From Patescibacteria group bacterium (GTDB lineage: Bacteria; Patescibacteriota; Patescibacteriia; Patescibacteriales; UBA12465): DNA of 64,000 bases. Below the pieces are notes generated by a model. The model ran no database searches, was not told where the DNA came from, and was given only the letters and a program-made list of their open reading frames with translations. Below, one piece after another: positions 46,601-58,200 of this stretch (the first letter of the stretch is position 1; every line of letters begins with the position of its first letter). The translations under genes and the position numbers were made by a program. The stretch spans positions 117,995 through 181,994 of the forward strand of contig JBMOHE010000001.1 in NCBI GenBank assembly GCA_049318005.1, written 5' to 3'.

Positions 46601-47350
46601 GGCAAATTTAAATTTAAAATCAGGGTTAGTTATTCCGATACCAATATAATTATCAGAATTTATAGTAAATGCGGAAACACTTTGGCTACTTTGTTTAACA
46701 GAAGAACCCGCCGCTACGCCTGAATCATAATCTAATTTAAGAATAGAAGCTGACCCGACGCAGCTATTAGAACAAGCATCAAAATAAGTACCACTTACAG
46801 GACACGACTTAACTGAGACACAAGCCGCTTCAGAGACAGTACTGGTGTTTCTTGATGAACAAATTAAATAACCTAAGCCATTAGCGCCACCAGTAGTAGC
46901 ACAGGAAGAACAGGTGTCGTAAGTGCCGCAAGCTGCAACATAATTAGAACAGTTAGGGATAGCCGTTCCGGGATGAGTTGCTTGGCAAGTTACATTTACT
47001 GGCGAGCTTGAATAACCACTGTCACATTTAACGTAAGTGCCCGCCGTACAAGACGTACAAGTTCCACAATTATCCCAAGCCGAACAACCAGGTAAGGCTT
47101 GCAACTGAGGGGCAGTTTGACCCTCCGAAGTACAGCGATTACTTATAGCAGCTTGAGTATTACAATGCTCAGACAAAGAACCAGTATCTCCAGTACAATA
47201 ATAACTTCCTGAGTCACAAGAATATCCAGATCCATTTCCAGAGCTACAAACTAAAGCCAAGGCTGATATCGGATTATATGCAAAAACAAAAAAACCAAAT
47301 AAAAAAATGGAAAAAGATATTCTTATGTAATTTCGAAACATGTCTTTCAT
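43610..47350 (-). CDS. Secreted fibre/adhesin-like protein (Cys-rich N-terminus, GIGTT repeats, phage-fibre-like C-terminal beta domain)
   Basis: Signal peptide, CxxC-rich region, GNVGIGTTNP and INVGGGQIGGL...DQAVSL.YL repeats. Confidence 0.8.
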   Translation of the reverse strand: MKDMFRNYIRISFSIFLFGFFVFAYNPISALALVCSSGNGSGYSCDSGSYYCTGDTGSLSEHCNTQAAISNRCTSEGQTAPQLQALPGCSAWDNCGTCTSCTAGTYVKCDSGYSSSPVNVTCQATHPGTAIPNCSNYVAACGTYDTCSSCATTGGANGLGYLICSSRNTSTVSEAACVSVKSCPVSGTYFDACSNSCVGSASILKLDYDSGVAAGSSVKQSSQSVSAFTINSDNYIGIGITNPDFKFKFATTSNQVINVAGGQVGGLNSVQVSRDQAVSLAYLQDNYNATTTSFWKGSLAGDMWNANTGSVIIGTSTSNNTIIKSGANNDVLNILYQASSRVLLSPNALSAFGSNGVAATGGIRLGEGTNYSYLVGNGTNLLLNPLAGNVGIGTTNPRVKLEVGTNDGVNASIVAGNIIEIAGLSEVAQAADITITAGTLVNGGPTAKNGSGYWNIPSFPATITFNTRGWWTYAGMSFTAANVHNYPDGGGAKLPASFLVEASSDGVTWTTVDDVTGYTSALYYKSSVISGSGKWVRITATAPQSGETTAKLANVQIFNGQRSGKGPFSLSAEGNAVFLGGKVGIGAIKPLSQLGVLGNASIGATYGAIAAPTSGLIVEGSVGIGVTDPKTKLHTSGDITFGALTVGSIHSGQLLGSVSLSPVSVRQTFGTDGTGWQYRIAKDTAGVIADLFTIQDNGYVGIGSTTPNTKLSISQASSGDTINVGGGQIGGLSLTQINDDQAVSLYYLKNNYNSTTTKFWAGSLTGDMWSANSGNIGIGVTNPLSKLQIGATTTAATITPLALSLGGTYSSVAGANPKLKLFDNGVNFYGMGVSANQFDFMAPANAGYSWNINGIEKVRIDSNGDFRLVGGYLRTSVGGSSGSNLIAISADAWKTRTNFWLPEVWSTTASITIVDAPAGAVVPTGKVHQFDTTSGGGYVIDQLIPIDPNVTYYGKIWAAKVSGTGVFYAGYTAYDKDGVAIAGNGGTRGYFIASAANPASTGAWYYNKIKGEGTNSNQFPVGTRYIKPLIIVNFNAAGVMQVGGFEISDRAFEYNSSLDFSTNGTSKLLIDSSGYVGIGTTTPGVRLSLSGGAWDAISGGWTGEILRVNGGRLTGLNLTPITNDEAVSKSYLDSNFNPKYSELTLSHRSVVGAGGTITASSTDSIIGYTSLSGANTLNIPNCTAAGKFYIVVDESGSASSINKIIIDPVGDSKILGVATFELKSAHNSVYIFCNRTEAGVVSWFVL

Positions 47351-47385
47351 GTCTTTATTATATAATAAAAAATAAAAAAATAATA

Positions 47386-50300
47386 TTACTTACAGCAGGC
47401 AAAAGCACGATTAATATCGCAACTTCCTAGCTGACCACTTCCCTTGTTCAAATCCTTCTTCCAAAAAGTTCCAAGCTTCTCAGACCCAGTTGATCCGGCA
47501 ATCCTAATCGTTCTCGCCTCGCAATCATTTGCACTCGCTAAATATCCTGGAGGGCCATTGAATATCCAAACATCCGCATCTGGCATGGTGACGCTTTTGG
47601 CAATTGAATTAAGCATTTCATAAGAGAAACAAACATGTGAGCCAGAGAATTTTGTTGAACAAATAGTATTAGCCTCAACATATCCAGGTGTTCCATCGGC
47701 TGCGCCAAGACCATTCATACCGTTATAAGTTGAGGTGCTCTTACCGACATAAACAGCACTACTTGATAAAGCATAGTTGGCTTGCAAATAACCGAGTGGG
47801 ACCGCTTGATCATTATTTACTGGTGTTAAATCAAGCCCGCCAATTTTACCACCACCAACATTTATAACCTCGCTACTACTTGAACTAATACTTAATCTTA
47901 CCGAAGGACTTGAAGAAGAAATGCCAACGAAACCATTTTGATTTATTCTTAAAAAGTCTAAAGTATCACTATTATTTCTGATTATAAATGGGGAGTAATC
48001 AATACTACTAATAATTCTTAGACCCTCGGTGCTTACAGGGGGATTAATTTGAAGTTTAGCGGCTGGGCTAGTTGTGCCGATGCCGACGTTACCAGTACTT
48101 AAAATACGTAGTCGCTCGGTATTACTCGTTCCTAAAATTAAATCACCGGCATTAAAAGTTCCTATTGCTAATTTTTTTGACGCATCTGCAACACCTTGAC
48201 CGAATATGGCGTGCGTATTTGTTCTACTTATTCCAAATATAGTTCCAGGAGCCGTTGAACCGAAAGAGTTAACAACAAGATAATCATCTTGATTATTTCT
48301 TGCCATTAATCTAACTTGTCCGGAAGCATTAAAATTTTTGAAATCCATTCCTGATATTTTATCAGTATTTGCGGCCACCCCTAAAGCTATGTCCCAAGTT
48401 GCCGCATCACCAGGCTGAGCATAAGCCTGATCTGACTGCTGTAATGTAAATTTAACCGCTGGATTGGTCGTTCCAATTCCGACGTTGCCGCCATCATTTT
48501 TAATTGCAAGAGAACTGCCATATAGTAGCAAGGAGTTAGCCTCATCATAAACTGCTAAACGGGCGTCATTTAAAGCATAGTATAAACCGAATTCTTCGGC
48601 CGAAGATGTTTGCCCATTTCCTAAATAAGCAGAATAATCCCCATCATTAACACTACTCTTAAAGAAAGCTACTGTTCCGGCGCTACTTTCAACTTGAAGC
48701 TTCGTGTTTGGATTAGTTGTCCCAATCCCAACGTTTCCAGTATTTGCACTATAAATATTTCCAGATAAGCTGCCAGCCCAAAGTTTTGTTGAAGTTGCAT
48801 TATAGTTAGCTTGAAGATAGCCGAGTGGAACGGCGTGATCAGGATTAATAGGCGTCAAATCAAGCCCCCCAATTCTACCGCCACTAACGGTAATTGTGTC
48901 TCCGGAAAGTGCCTGCGCGACCGTTAATTTAATCAAGGGGCTAGTCGAGCCAATACCAACGTTACCAGCTGAAGTAATTCTCATTCTCTCAAAAGTATAT
49001 GGATCAACTGAATTATTAGACGTTTCAAAGGCCAAGAAACCAGCATTATTATTGCTCGTTGCTACTTCTTTTTTACCATGAATAGTTGCAAATGGAATTA
49101 AATTTGCAGCGCCAGTAATATACCGGCCACCTAAAACAATAGAACCGCCAACATTAATATTAGGCTCGTCTGTCGTTGAAATAAATAAGTTCCCTCTTTG
49201 ACTAACTCCAACTCCGATCAACTTATTAGTTCCTCTAATATCTAAATTAGTAGATGGACTTAATATACCAATACCAACGTTACCAGCCACATATAAATTT
49301 CTTCCCAAATCTAAATCTTGTGAAAAACTAACACCGCGAAGTCCAGTATTATTTAAATCAACTAATTGATAATAAGTTGAGGTCGCAGCGTTATACGTAG
49401 GAGTTGCGGCTAACTGAGCACCGTTAGTTCCATAAACCGTAATCGGAGTTGGGGTTGTGGCAGTATTAACATAAACATCTACATAGGCATTATAATTTCC
49501 AGGCGTGCTATCAGCGGTAATTCTGATTTTAGTAATTGGACCAGTATTATAACTAAAAGATCTAAGAACATTAATAGATCCAACGCTATCATTTGAGCCA
49601 ATATAAGAACGTATATTATAGTTAAATTCTAATTTCTGCTGAGTATTATCCATTCCAGCGCCAATATATATAGTTCCTCCGTTTGATCCAGTTGGGCCAA
49701 CAATTCTATACCAACCGACCCCAGAAGTCGGGTTAATAGTGGTTTTGCTAGAATAAGCCTGACCATTTAATTTTATATTTCCATTAACTTCTAATTTTTC
49801 TTGCGGATCAGTTGTTCCAATTCCTAAATTTCCACTACCGCCCTTAATAGTTAAGAAATCTAACCCAGCGGTAACATCACGTATATTTAAATAACCATTA
49901 TTCGCATAAAAATTCCAAGTTCTATTGCCAGCTTCAGCAAAACTCAAAAAATTATTAACTCCAGCCGAACCATAAATTTGAAGTTTCGCGCCCGGAGTAG
50001 TTGTTCCTATCCCAATATTTCCAGTATTCATGCTATACATATGACTCGCGAGCGAACCTGCCCAGAATTTTGTTGAAGTTGCGTTATAGTTAGCTTGAAG
50101 ATATCCAAGCGGAACAGCTTGATCAGGATTAAAAGGAGTAGAGGCAAGACCACCGATTTGGCCACCGCCAACATTAATCGTGTCTCCAGAGACAGCTTGA
50201 GAAATGCTTAATTTATAGCTCGGAGTAGTTGAGCCAATTCCAACAAAACCAGCCGCTGATATTCTCATTTTTTCATCACTCGCAGAAACAACGCTCGTAT

Positions 50301-52263
50301 CAAAAACATTACGATTTAAAAATACTATATCACCAACACCGCTACCAGCAGTCCTAACACTACCGATAAATTGTTTAGGATAAAGTCCGCCGTCACCGGT
50401 CGCATAAGTTGAAAGTCTTATACCAGCAAAAATACCAGCTAACCCAGCGCCATTAGTAATAGTTAGGCCGTTGGTTGTCGTCCCCGTACTAGCGTCCGCA
50501 TAATACATATCAAGCGCGGAAGCTGGACTAGTAACCGACAAGCCAACAGTGCCGCCAACATATAGTTTTGCACTTCCCGGGTCAGCGCCGATACCAAAAT
50601 TACCAGAATCTCTCTGAATTGTAACTTTGGTGCTTAAAGCGCCACCATTTTTTGATTGGATTAAAAAATTATTTGTCGCCGCTCCATCATAAAATAAACT
50701 AAAACCATATGGAACACCTGTAACATTTTCATACATTTGGAAACCGGAGGCCTGATTAATATCTGATTCCAACCTAACAAAGGCATTTGTCGCTGAATAT
50801 ACATGAAGTTTTTCGAGTGGATTAGTCGTTCCAATTCCCACATTACCAATATTATCGATACGCATTTTCTCAGCCAAAGTTCCAGTACTTATTGTATTAA
50901 ATAAAATAGCACCATTTTCACTGCCACTAGTTATCCCAGTTGTTTGACCAATAATTGAAGCATAAGTTTTTGCTCCAGAAACACTATTTAATGCATTAAA
51001 TCTGAACCCAATAGTATTGGCTGTATTAGCGGTGGCGTTATTAAAAAACTCCACTATTGGGTTACCGGCACTTGGTAAAAACACCAACCCGCCAACCCAA
51101 TTTGAATAAATTTTAGCTTGATAATCAATACCACTATTTCTACCTTTGAGAATGATGCCGCTATTTGAGCTAGTTGCTAGTGATCTGATTGTTAAATATT
51201 CATCGCCAGTGTTTCCAACGATGTCTAGTTTTGTACTAGGATTAGCAGTTCCAATACCAATATTCCCTCCCTTAAGAATTCTCATTCTCTCGGTATTATT
51301 TGTTTTAAACAAAACATCATAATTATTAGTTGAACCCATCCAGGAAGTATCGTTAGACAAATCATTTCCCGACAATAGCCAACCTAAAGATGTGCTTGCA
51401 CCTTTATATAAGAAGTTACTATCAACATAATATTTTGATACCGCCTGATCGTTATTTAAAGGTGTTAAAGATAAGCCGCCGATTTTGCCAGTTCCAACAT
51501 TTAAAACTTCATCCGAACTAGAACTAAGATGTAATTTATAAGCAGGCTCAGAAGTTCCAATACCTATATATCCAGATAGAGGAATGTATAAGGAAGGTGT
51601 GCCGCTCTGTAGAACAGCAGTTCCAACGGCAGCTTTATTTACCGAGCTGTTTCCAAGTTGAAGCATAGGCAAGGAGCCATCGCAAGCACAAGTATTTTCG
51701 TTCCAGGTTTGATATGAAGTACAAGTATTAGCCGAGCAGACGCCCGTTCCAATACATAAATTACCGCTTGAACAACTTGAACATTTATTCGTAGCGCAGT
51801 TCATAGTTGCGCAATTAGCGGTTTTAGCTAATGTACAATTAAAATTAGGAGATGTTCCGCAAATCTGATGACCAGCATCGCAAGTAGCGCAGCTAATAGC
51901 CGGGCACGTCGTACAGGTTGCACAATTTGCGCCAGGTGTGCAAGTATTGCTCAAACAAGCTCCGCTACAATTAGCATATCCCGAATTACAATTAAGAGTC
52001 CAGGTATTACTAGAACAAGATAAAGTATAATAAGAAGAAGTCGTCGTGGCTGGTTTGTCAGTCCTTTCTGTGGCGCAACGAGCGCCTTCTATAGCCGCGC
52101 TTGTATTACAAAAACTTTCCGGAAAATTACATCTAATACCATCTATCATTGTATTGGTTTGGCAATTATTAATAGTAGTATCAGCCAAAACAGGCAATGC
52201 GAAAAATAAAGAATAAATTCCTATGATGAGCAGTATCGAAAATAATGATCTATATTTTTTCAT
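47386..52263 (-). CDS. Secreted fibre/adhesin-like protein with C-terminal Cys-rich lectin-like domain
   Basis: Same repeat grammar; ends ANTICS...HVCFSYEML...WIFNGPPGY...NDC...ACCK. Confidence 0.8.
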   Translation of the reverse strand: MKKYRSLFSILLIIGIYSLFFALPVLADTTINNCQTNTMIDGIRCNFPESFCNTSAAIEGARCATERTDKPATTTSSYYTLSCSSNTWTLNCNSGYANCSGACLSNTCTPGANCATCTTCPAISCATCDAGHQICGTSPNFNCTLAKTANCATMNCATNKCSSCSSGNLCIGTGVCSANTCTSYQTWNENTCACDGSLPMLQLGNSSVNKAAVGTAVLQSGTPSLYIPLSGYIGIGTSEPAYKLHLSSSSDEVLNVGTGKIGGLSLTPLNNDQAVSKYYVDSNFLYKGASTSLGWLLSGNDLSNDTSWMGSTNNYDVLFKTNNTERMRILKGGNIGIGTANPSTKLDIVGNTGDEYLTIRSLATSSNSGIILKGRNSGIDYQAKIYSNWVGGLVFLPSAGNPIVEFFNNATANTANTIGFRFNALNSVSGAKTYASIIGQTTGITSGSENGAILFNTISTGTLAEKMRIDNIGNVGIGTTNPLEKLHVYSATNAFVRLESDINQASGFQMYENVTGVPYGFSLFYDGAATNNFLIQSKNGGALSTKVTIQRDSGNFGIGADPGSAKLYVGGTVGLSVTSPASALDMYYADASTGTTTNGLTITNGAGLAGIFAGIRLSTYATGDGGLYPKQFIGSVRTAGSGVGDIVFLNRNVFDTSVVSASDEKMRISAAGFVGIGSTTPSYKLSISQAVSGDTINVGGGQIGGLASTPFNPDQAVPLGYLQANYNATSTKFWAGSLASHMYSMNTGNIGIGTTTPGAKLQIYGSAGVNNFLSFAEAGNRTWNFYANNGYLNIRDVTAGLDFLTIKGGSGNLGIGTTDPQEKLEVNGNIKLNGQAYSSKTTINPTSGVGWYRIVGPTGSNGGTIYIGAGMDNTQQKLEFNYNIRSYIGSNDSVGSINVLRSFSYNTGPITKIRITADSTPGNYNAYVDVYVNTATTPTPITVYGTNGAQLAATPTYNAATSTYYQLVDLNNTGLRGVSFSQDLDLGRNLYVAGNVGIGILSPSTNLDIRGTNKLIGVGVSQRGNLFISTTDEPNINVGGSIVLGGRYITGAANLIPFATIHGKKEVATSNNNAGFLAFETSNNSVDPYTFERMRITSAGNVGIGSTSPLIKLTVAQALSGDTITVSGGRIGGLDLTPINPDHAVPLGYLQANYNATSTKLWAGSLSGNIYSANTGNVGIGTTNPNTKLQVESSAGTVAFFKSSVNDGDYSAYLGNGQTSSAEEFGLYYALNDARLAVYDEANSLLLYGSSLAIKNDGGNVGIGTTNPAVKFTLQQSDQAYAQPGDAATWDIALGVAANTDKISGMDFKNFNASGQVRLMARNNQDDYLVVNSFGSTAPGTIFGISRTNTHAIFGQGVADASKKLAIGTFNAGDLILGTSNTERLRILSTGNVGIGTTSPAAKLQINPPVSTEGLRIISSIDYSPFIIRNNSDTLDFLRINQNGFVGISSSSPSVRLSISSSSSEVINVGGGKIGGLDLTPVNNDQAVPLGYLQANYALSSSAVYVGKSTSTYNGMNGLGAADGTPGYVEANTICSTKFSGSHVCFSYEMLNSIAKSVTMPDADVWIFNGPPGYLASANDCEARTIRIAGSTGSEKLGTFWKKDLNKGSGQLGSCDINRAFACCK

Positions 52264-52292
52264 ATTAAAACTTTATCTTTATTTTATTATTT

Positions 52293-55200
52293 TTATTTAC
52301 AACAAGCAATATTTCTAGAATTATAACAACCAGTTAAAGACCCATAGCCTTGACCGTTAGTTGCATCTTTATGCCAGATAGCTCCGTAATCACTAGCGCC
52401 AGTACTAGTCCAGCCCATACAATCATTACTATTAGAAGTAAACCCTGGAGGTCCGTTACTAATCCACATGCTGCTAGTTGCAATAGTTAAAGTATCTGAA
52501 TTGATTGTGTTTAAAATTTCATAAGAAGTACAAACGTGGCTACTAGAAGCAACTGTATTGCTACAAATAGTATTGGCCGCTAAATATCCTCCCATGTTAC
52601 CTGTATATAGTTGAGTGGTTACACCTCTAAATTTAGGGACACTACTTATAGTACTAGTCGCCTCTGAAACATAAGATTCAAGGAATGATCTAGATACGGC
52701 CTCGTCAGGATATATAGTCGTTAAATTTAAGCCTCTTATTCTTCCTCCGTTAACTGTTAAAATATCGCCAGTCGTTCCGTCGAAACCAGTTATGCTAAGT
52801 CTGCGATCAGGAGTCGTTGTGCCTATTCCAATATAACCATTATAATCAATAGTCATGGCGGTATTGGTAATACCTGATGCCCAAGAATTGCTAGTTCCAA
52901 ACTGCAAAAGAGACCCGACCGGAGTTAACTTCATGGCAACTCTTGCAGCTGGATTTCTAAAACTAGTCTGAGCATAAGAAGTTTGGAAATCTATTGCTGA
53001 ATAATGATTAATAGTATTTTCTGTATATTCTAAATTTTGAAGACCTTTTGTAGTTCCAGTAAACGAAGCTAAACCAACACCCGAAACTTGAAGTTGCGAC
53101 AAAGGATTAGTTGTTCCAATTCCAACATTAGTTCCATTAACAGTTAAGACATCTGTCCAGCTAGGCAAATTTGGCGAAGCCTGTGAATCAGTTTGAATAG
53201 AGAAATAATTTCCATTACCAATTTGTAAATTAACTAAACCGGCTACTGCGCCACCGTAACTACGACGCCAAGTTGCCCCATCATTATAAGCTCCCCAAGT
53301 AATATAATTCATACCGCTTGAAGATTGTGATAATTTAGAATAATTTCCCCAAGCCATCTGATATCCGGAGCCATAAGTTCCACCGCCCAATAAACTAAGA
53401 GCCGGGGTTGAAGTTGATAATAAATTTCTAACATCTAATTTAGCGGCGATGTCGGTTGTTCCGATTCCAACGTTGCCGCTTGACAATATTCTCATCGCTT
53501 CAGTTCCTTGATTAACAAAGAATCCTAATCCTCCATTTGGGCCAGATTGGAACTCCATTAAATTAGAAGACATACCAATACCATATCGGCTACCAGAAGA
53601 TGCGCTAGTAAATAAATCCCACTTTAAATTATTAACGCTACCAGGCGTGCTATTGCCGTATGTCGAACCGAACGAAACATTTACGGGAGTTGCCAAGGCA
53701 GTAGAAGCACCAACACTTCCAAATGTAGCAATTCTACCTGTCGTGCCATAAACTTGAAATTTAACATCAGGCGTCGTTGTCCCAATACCGACGTTATTCG
53801 CTCCATTATTACTATAAATATTTCCACTCTGGCTTCCTCCCCAAAGAGAAGTAGTTACCGCCGTGCTAGTCGAAGTATAGTTAGCCTCTAAATAACCAAG
53901 CGGAACGGCCATATCTTTTCTAGTCGGAGTTGAAGCTAGTCCGCCAATTTGACCACCACCAACGTTTATAACTTCAATAGTAGTAGTCGCAAAACTTAAT
54001 TTTATCGAAGGCGTGCTTGAACCGATACCAACACTTCCGTTATCAGAAACAGATAAAACTGGCGTTAAATATGTTGATGGATTAGCGGTATAGCCCAAAT
54101 TAATAATACTGTTTATATTACCAGCCGCACTACCGCCGCTTATACCCATGTAACTAGGCCCTGAATTATTAAAGACAAATCTATTTACATTAGAAGATCC
54201 TGTGCCATATAAATAGCTAGCCATACTTACCTGGCCCGCACTACTAACGGTAAATTGGTTATTATTTCCAACTGTTAATAACTGCGATGGTGTTGTTGTT
54301 CCAATTCCTACATTACCATTCATTAAGGCTGACAAAACATCTAAATTACTGGATTCATGTCTAAGGCGGAATGTTGTGTCATTAACAGAAGGAATTCCAA
54401 CAGCGAATCCCCACTTCCCGTTCGTAGTGTAAGAATCATCTATAATTAATTTTGTGCCAGTCGTTGGAACCGCGATATGAAGTCTTGCCCCAGGTGTAGT
54501 CGTGCCAATTCCAACATTAGAAGTATTTGCACTATAAATATTTCCGGACAAATTACCTGCCCAGAAACTAGTTGAGGTGGGATTATAGTTAGCCTGAAGA
54601 TAACCAAGAGAAACAGCTTGATCACTGTTTAAAGGAACAGACGCAAGGCCGCCAATCTGACCACCGCCAACATTTATCACTTCAATAGTAGTGGTCGCAA
54701 AACTTAATTTATAATTCGGAGTACTTGAACCGATGCCAAAACGACCATCATTTTTAAATACAAAGTTAGTTGGAACGGCATTGCCGCCAGTGCCAACATA
54801 AAAGCTACCAGGCGTAATCAAAGACATGTCGTTTGAATTACCAGGAGTAGTCACCCAGTAGCCAGCGCCAATTTTACCAGCATATGTGCCATTATTATAG
54901 TATTCAGAATAATAATTAGAAATTCTCATAATGCCATTAACATCAAGCAGCCTGCTTGGCGTTGTAGTTCCAATTCCGACGTTGCCCTGGCCATTAGGCA
55001 TTAATACTAAATTTGACCAAGTACTGGGATTTTTTGTAGCGGAAATCCAGCCATATCCCGGCGTAGTAGCAGTACTATAACCAATTTGCACTTTGGATGT
55101 TCCAGCACCAATAAAGGCTACCCCCGAGTATGAATCGGATAATGGCTCATCGTCGCCCGATACATGAAATTTAGCCTGAGGAGTTGTCGTCCCTATCCCG

Positions 55201-58200
55201 ACGTTGCCATTAGCTAAAATTCGTAACGCCTCAGTTGTCCCCGGAGATAAAATAAGATTAGTGCTTGAATATAAAGTCGTTCCGCTAGAATCAACATTTA
55301 AAGCACCCGCTCTTGTGCCATCTCCGAAGGCCAAGCCATTACTAACGCTATAACCAGTTGAACCTACTGAACCAATTTGTAATCTACTTGCTGGAGTAGT
55401 CGTCCCAATTCCAACATTCAAAGTGTTTGCACTATAAATATTTCCGCCCAAAGACCCGCCCCAAAAGCTAGACGACGTTGCATTATAATTAGCCTGAAGA
55501 TAACCAAGAGGAACAGCCATATCGCTTCTAGTTGGAGTTGAAGCAAGGCCTCCAATCTGACCGCCGCCAACATTTATTACTTCCACAGTACTTGTACCAA
55601 AACTTAATTTAACCGAAGGAGTAGTCGAGCCAATACCTATATTTGTACCATTATCATATAGAACGCTATTAGCCAAAGATGACCCGTTCCATTTCACAAC
55701 CGAACTAGTCGATAAATTATTAGTTAAATTTCCTGAATGCCACAATTTAAAAGTTGTTCCCCAAGAACCATCTGGGCCAGTTCTAAAATATAATTCTGGT
55801 CGGCTCCAAGGAGTATTGTTACCAATAATTTGCCAACTATAATATGAAGAATTCCAACCTCTAATAGTGATCGCTCCTGATTCTGCTCCAAATTCTGGCA
55901 AAACTATAATTCCCGCTGTCAACTTTGCGAAAGGAGAACTACTCGGAGCAGAGCCGACAGAACCAAATCCCAAATAATTAGCAGTTAAATTAGTAACCGT
56001 TGTAGAAGAAATAACTGAAAATGGGGCGGTGCCAGCTGCAACAGTAGAAATCAACTGGTTACTAGTTCTAATTGAGCCAGTTACATCCAATTTAACACCT
56101 GGGTTAGTTGTTCCGATTCCGACGTTGCCATCATTTTTTATAAATAATCTTGTATTTATAGCCCCGAGTAATGGTGCTTTTTGTTGAATAGCAAATGAAT
56201 TATCTGACTTAGATGATACCAATCGATAACCTTCCGCATAATACCAGCTAGCATCATCAAAGTAATAGCCTGGCGCATTACTTAAATCTAATGATGCGGT
56301 TGTACTTGCAATACCAATATTTGATTTTTGAACTTCTAACCCGTATTTTGGATTAGTCGTCCCAACTCCAACATTGGAAGTATTAGCACTATAAATATTT
56401 CCGCCTAAAGATCCTCCCCAAAAACTAGACGACGTTGCGCTATAATTATCTTTAAGATATCCAAGTGGAACGGCCATATCGTTTCTAGTCGGAGTTGAAG
56501 CCAGTCCGCCAATCTGACCACCGCCAAGATTCATAACTTCGCTAGTAGTAGTTGCAAAACTTAATTTATAATTCGGAGTACTTGAACCGATACCAACATA
56601 ACCAGTGCTTTGAACGCTAAATAAATTAGTATTATTATAATCTATTTGGAAAAAGTTAGTTGGAGGGGTTATGCTGCCAGAGTTATTTGTTACTTGAAAT
56701 TTATTTGTAATAAAAGCCAAACGATTAAAAGTAGATCCCGAATAAGCAGAAAAGGCCGTATTACCGCCACTTCTACCTACCTGGAAATAAGACGCGACCA
56801 CAGAATCTGACCAAGTTTGATTCCAATTATCTAAACCTCTAAAAATATTTTGGCCGTTGGCTTGTAAATTAATTTCAGTTGAGTTTGGAGCAGAAATAGA
56901 TGGGCCGCTAGGATCAAATAAAAGTTTGGCAGTGCTACTAGCGACTTCGAACTTTGCGCCTGGCGCCGTTGTTCCAATTCCTAATCTTCCGGTCTCAGTT
57001 AATCTCATTCTCTCGCCAGAACTAACTCCGGAATCATTAGTATTAAAGGTCATGTAATTACTATTTGCATTGTTTCCGCCTTGCCAAAATTGAATATTAG
57101 CTCCACCGCCAGTCCAGTTCGTATTATTGTAAGGAATTCCAATTGCTCTATAATTACCGCTGCCAAGAGTGCCTGATCCAGCGGCAAGCATAATATTCCC
57201 TTCTACCTGAAGTTTTGCCAAAGGATTGGTTGTGCCTATTCCAACATTACCAGTAACTGGATTTAAAAGAAGGTTTGTTCCGTTGCCAACTAAGTAACTA
57301 AAATTAGTTCCATCACCTAATCTAATACCAGCAGACCCATTAGAACCATAAGCCGTTCCAAAGGCGCTATAAGCATTAGGAGAAAGCAAAACACGAGAAC
57401 TAGATTGGTATAAAATATTTAAAACATCATTATCGTTCCCACTTTTTATAATTGTATTATTAGAAGTACTCGTTCCAATTCCGATGTTCCCTCCCTTAAG
57501 AATTCTCATTCTCTCGATATTATTTGTTCTAAACGACACATCCCAATCATTAATTGACCCTAACCAATTATTATCGCTAGTTAAAGTATTGCCCGATAAT
57601 AACCAACCTAGAGATGAGCTTGCTTCTTTCGATAAGAAGTTATTATCAACATAGTATTTAGAAGCAGCTTGATCATTATTTAAAGGTGTTAAATCAAGTC
57701 CACCAATTTTACCGCCACCAATATTTATAACTTCGTCTGAACTTGAACTAATATGTAATTTAAAATTTGGATTAGTAATTCCAACGCCAATATAACCAGA
57801 TGAAGGAATAGTTAAGGATGGTAGAGCTAAACTAGAATTAAATAAAAAGTTATCTGTGCGTAAAGAATCATAACCAATCTTTAATGAGTTAGCTGTTCCC
57901 GTACAATAGTTAGAAGCTGGGGCGCAAGGATCAAAAGTTTGACCGCTTGGACAGGTTTTATTGGCGATACAAATATTTGAGCTAGAGCATTTTGTATAAT
58001 TTGAGTTCTTACAAGTTGAACAAAGATTAGTTGAACATGATCCGCCGCTAGAGAGTAAAATTGCGCAATTATTAACATCCGTTTTACAAGAATCATTTTC
58101 TGCACAAAGAGCGTTTCCGGCCGTACAGCTTGTACAAGGTTGATTAGCTGCGCACTGATTATAGCTTGCACAATTTGTAACTGCACCTGCGGCGCGATTA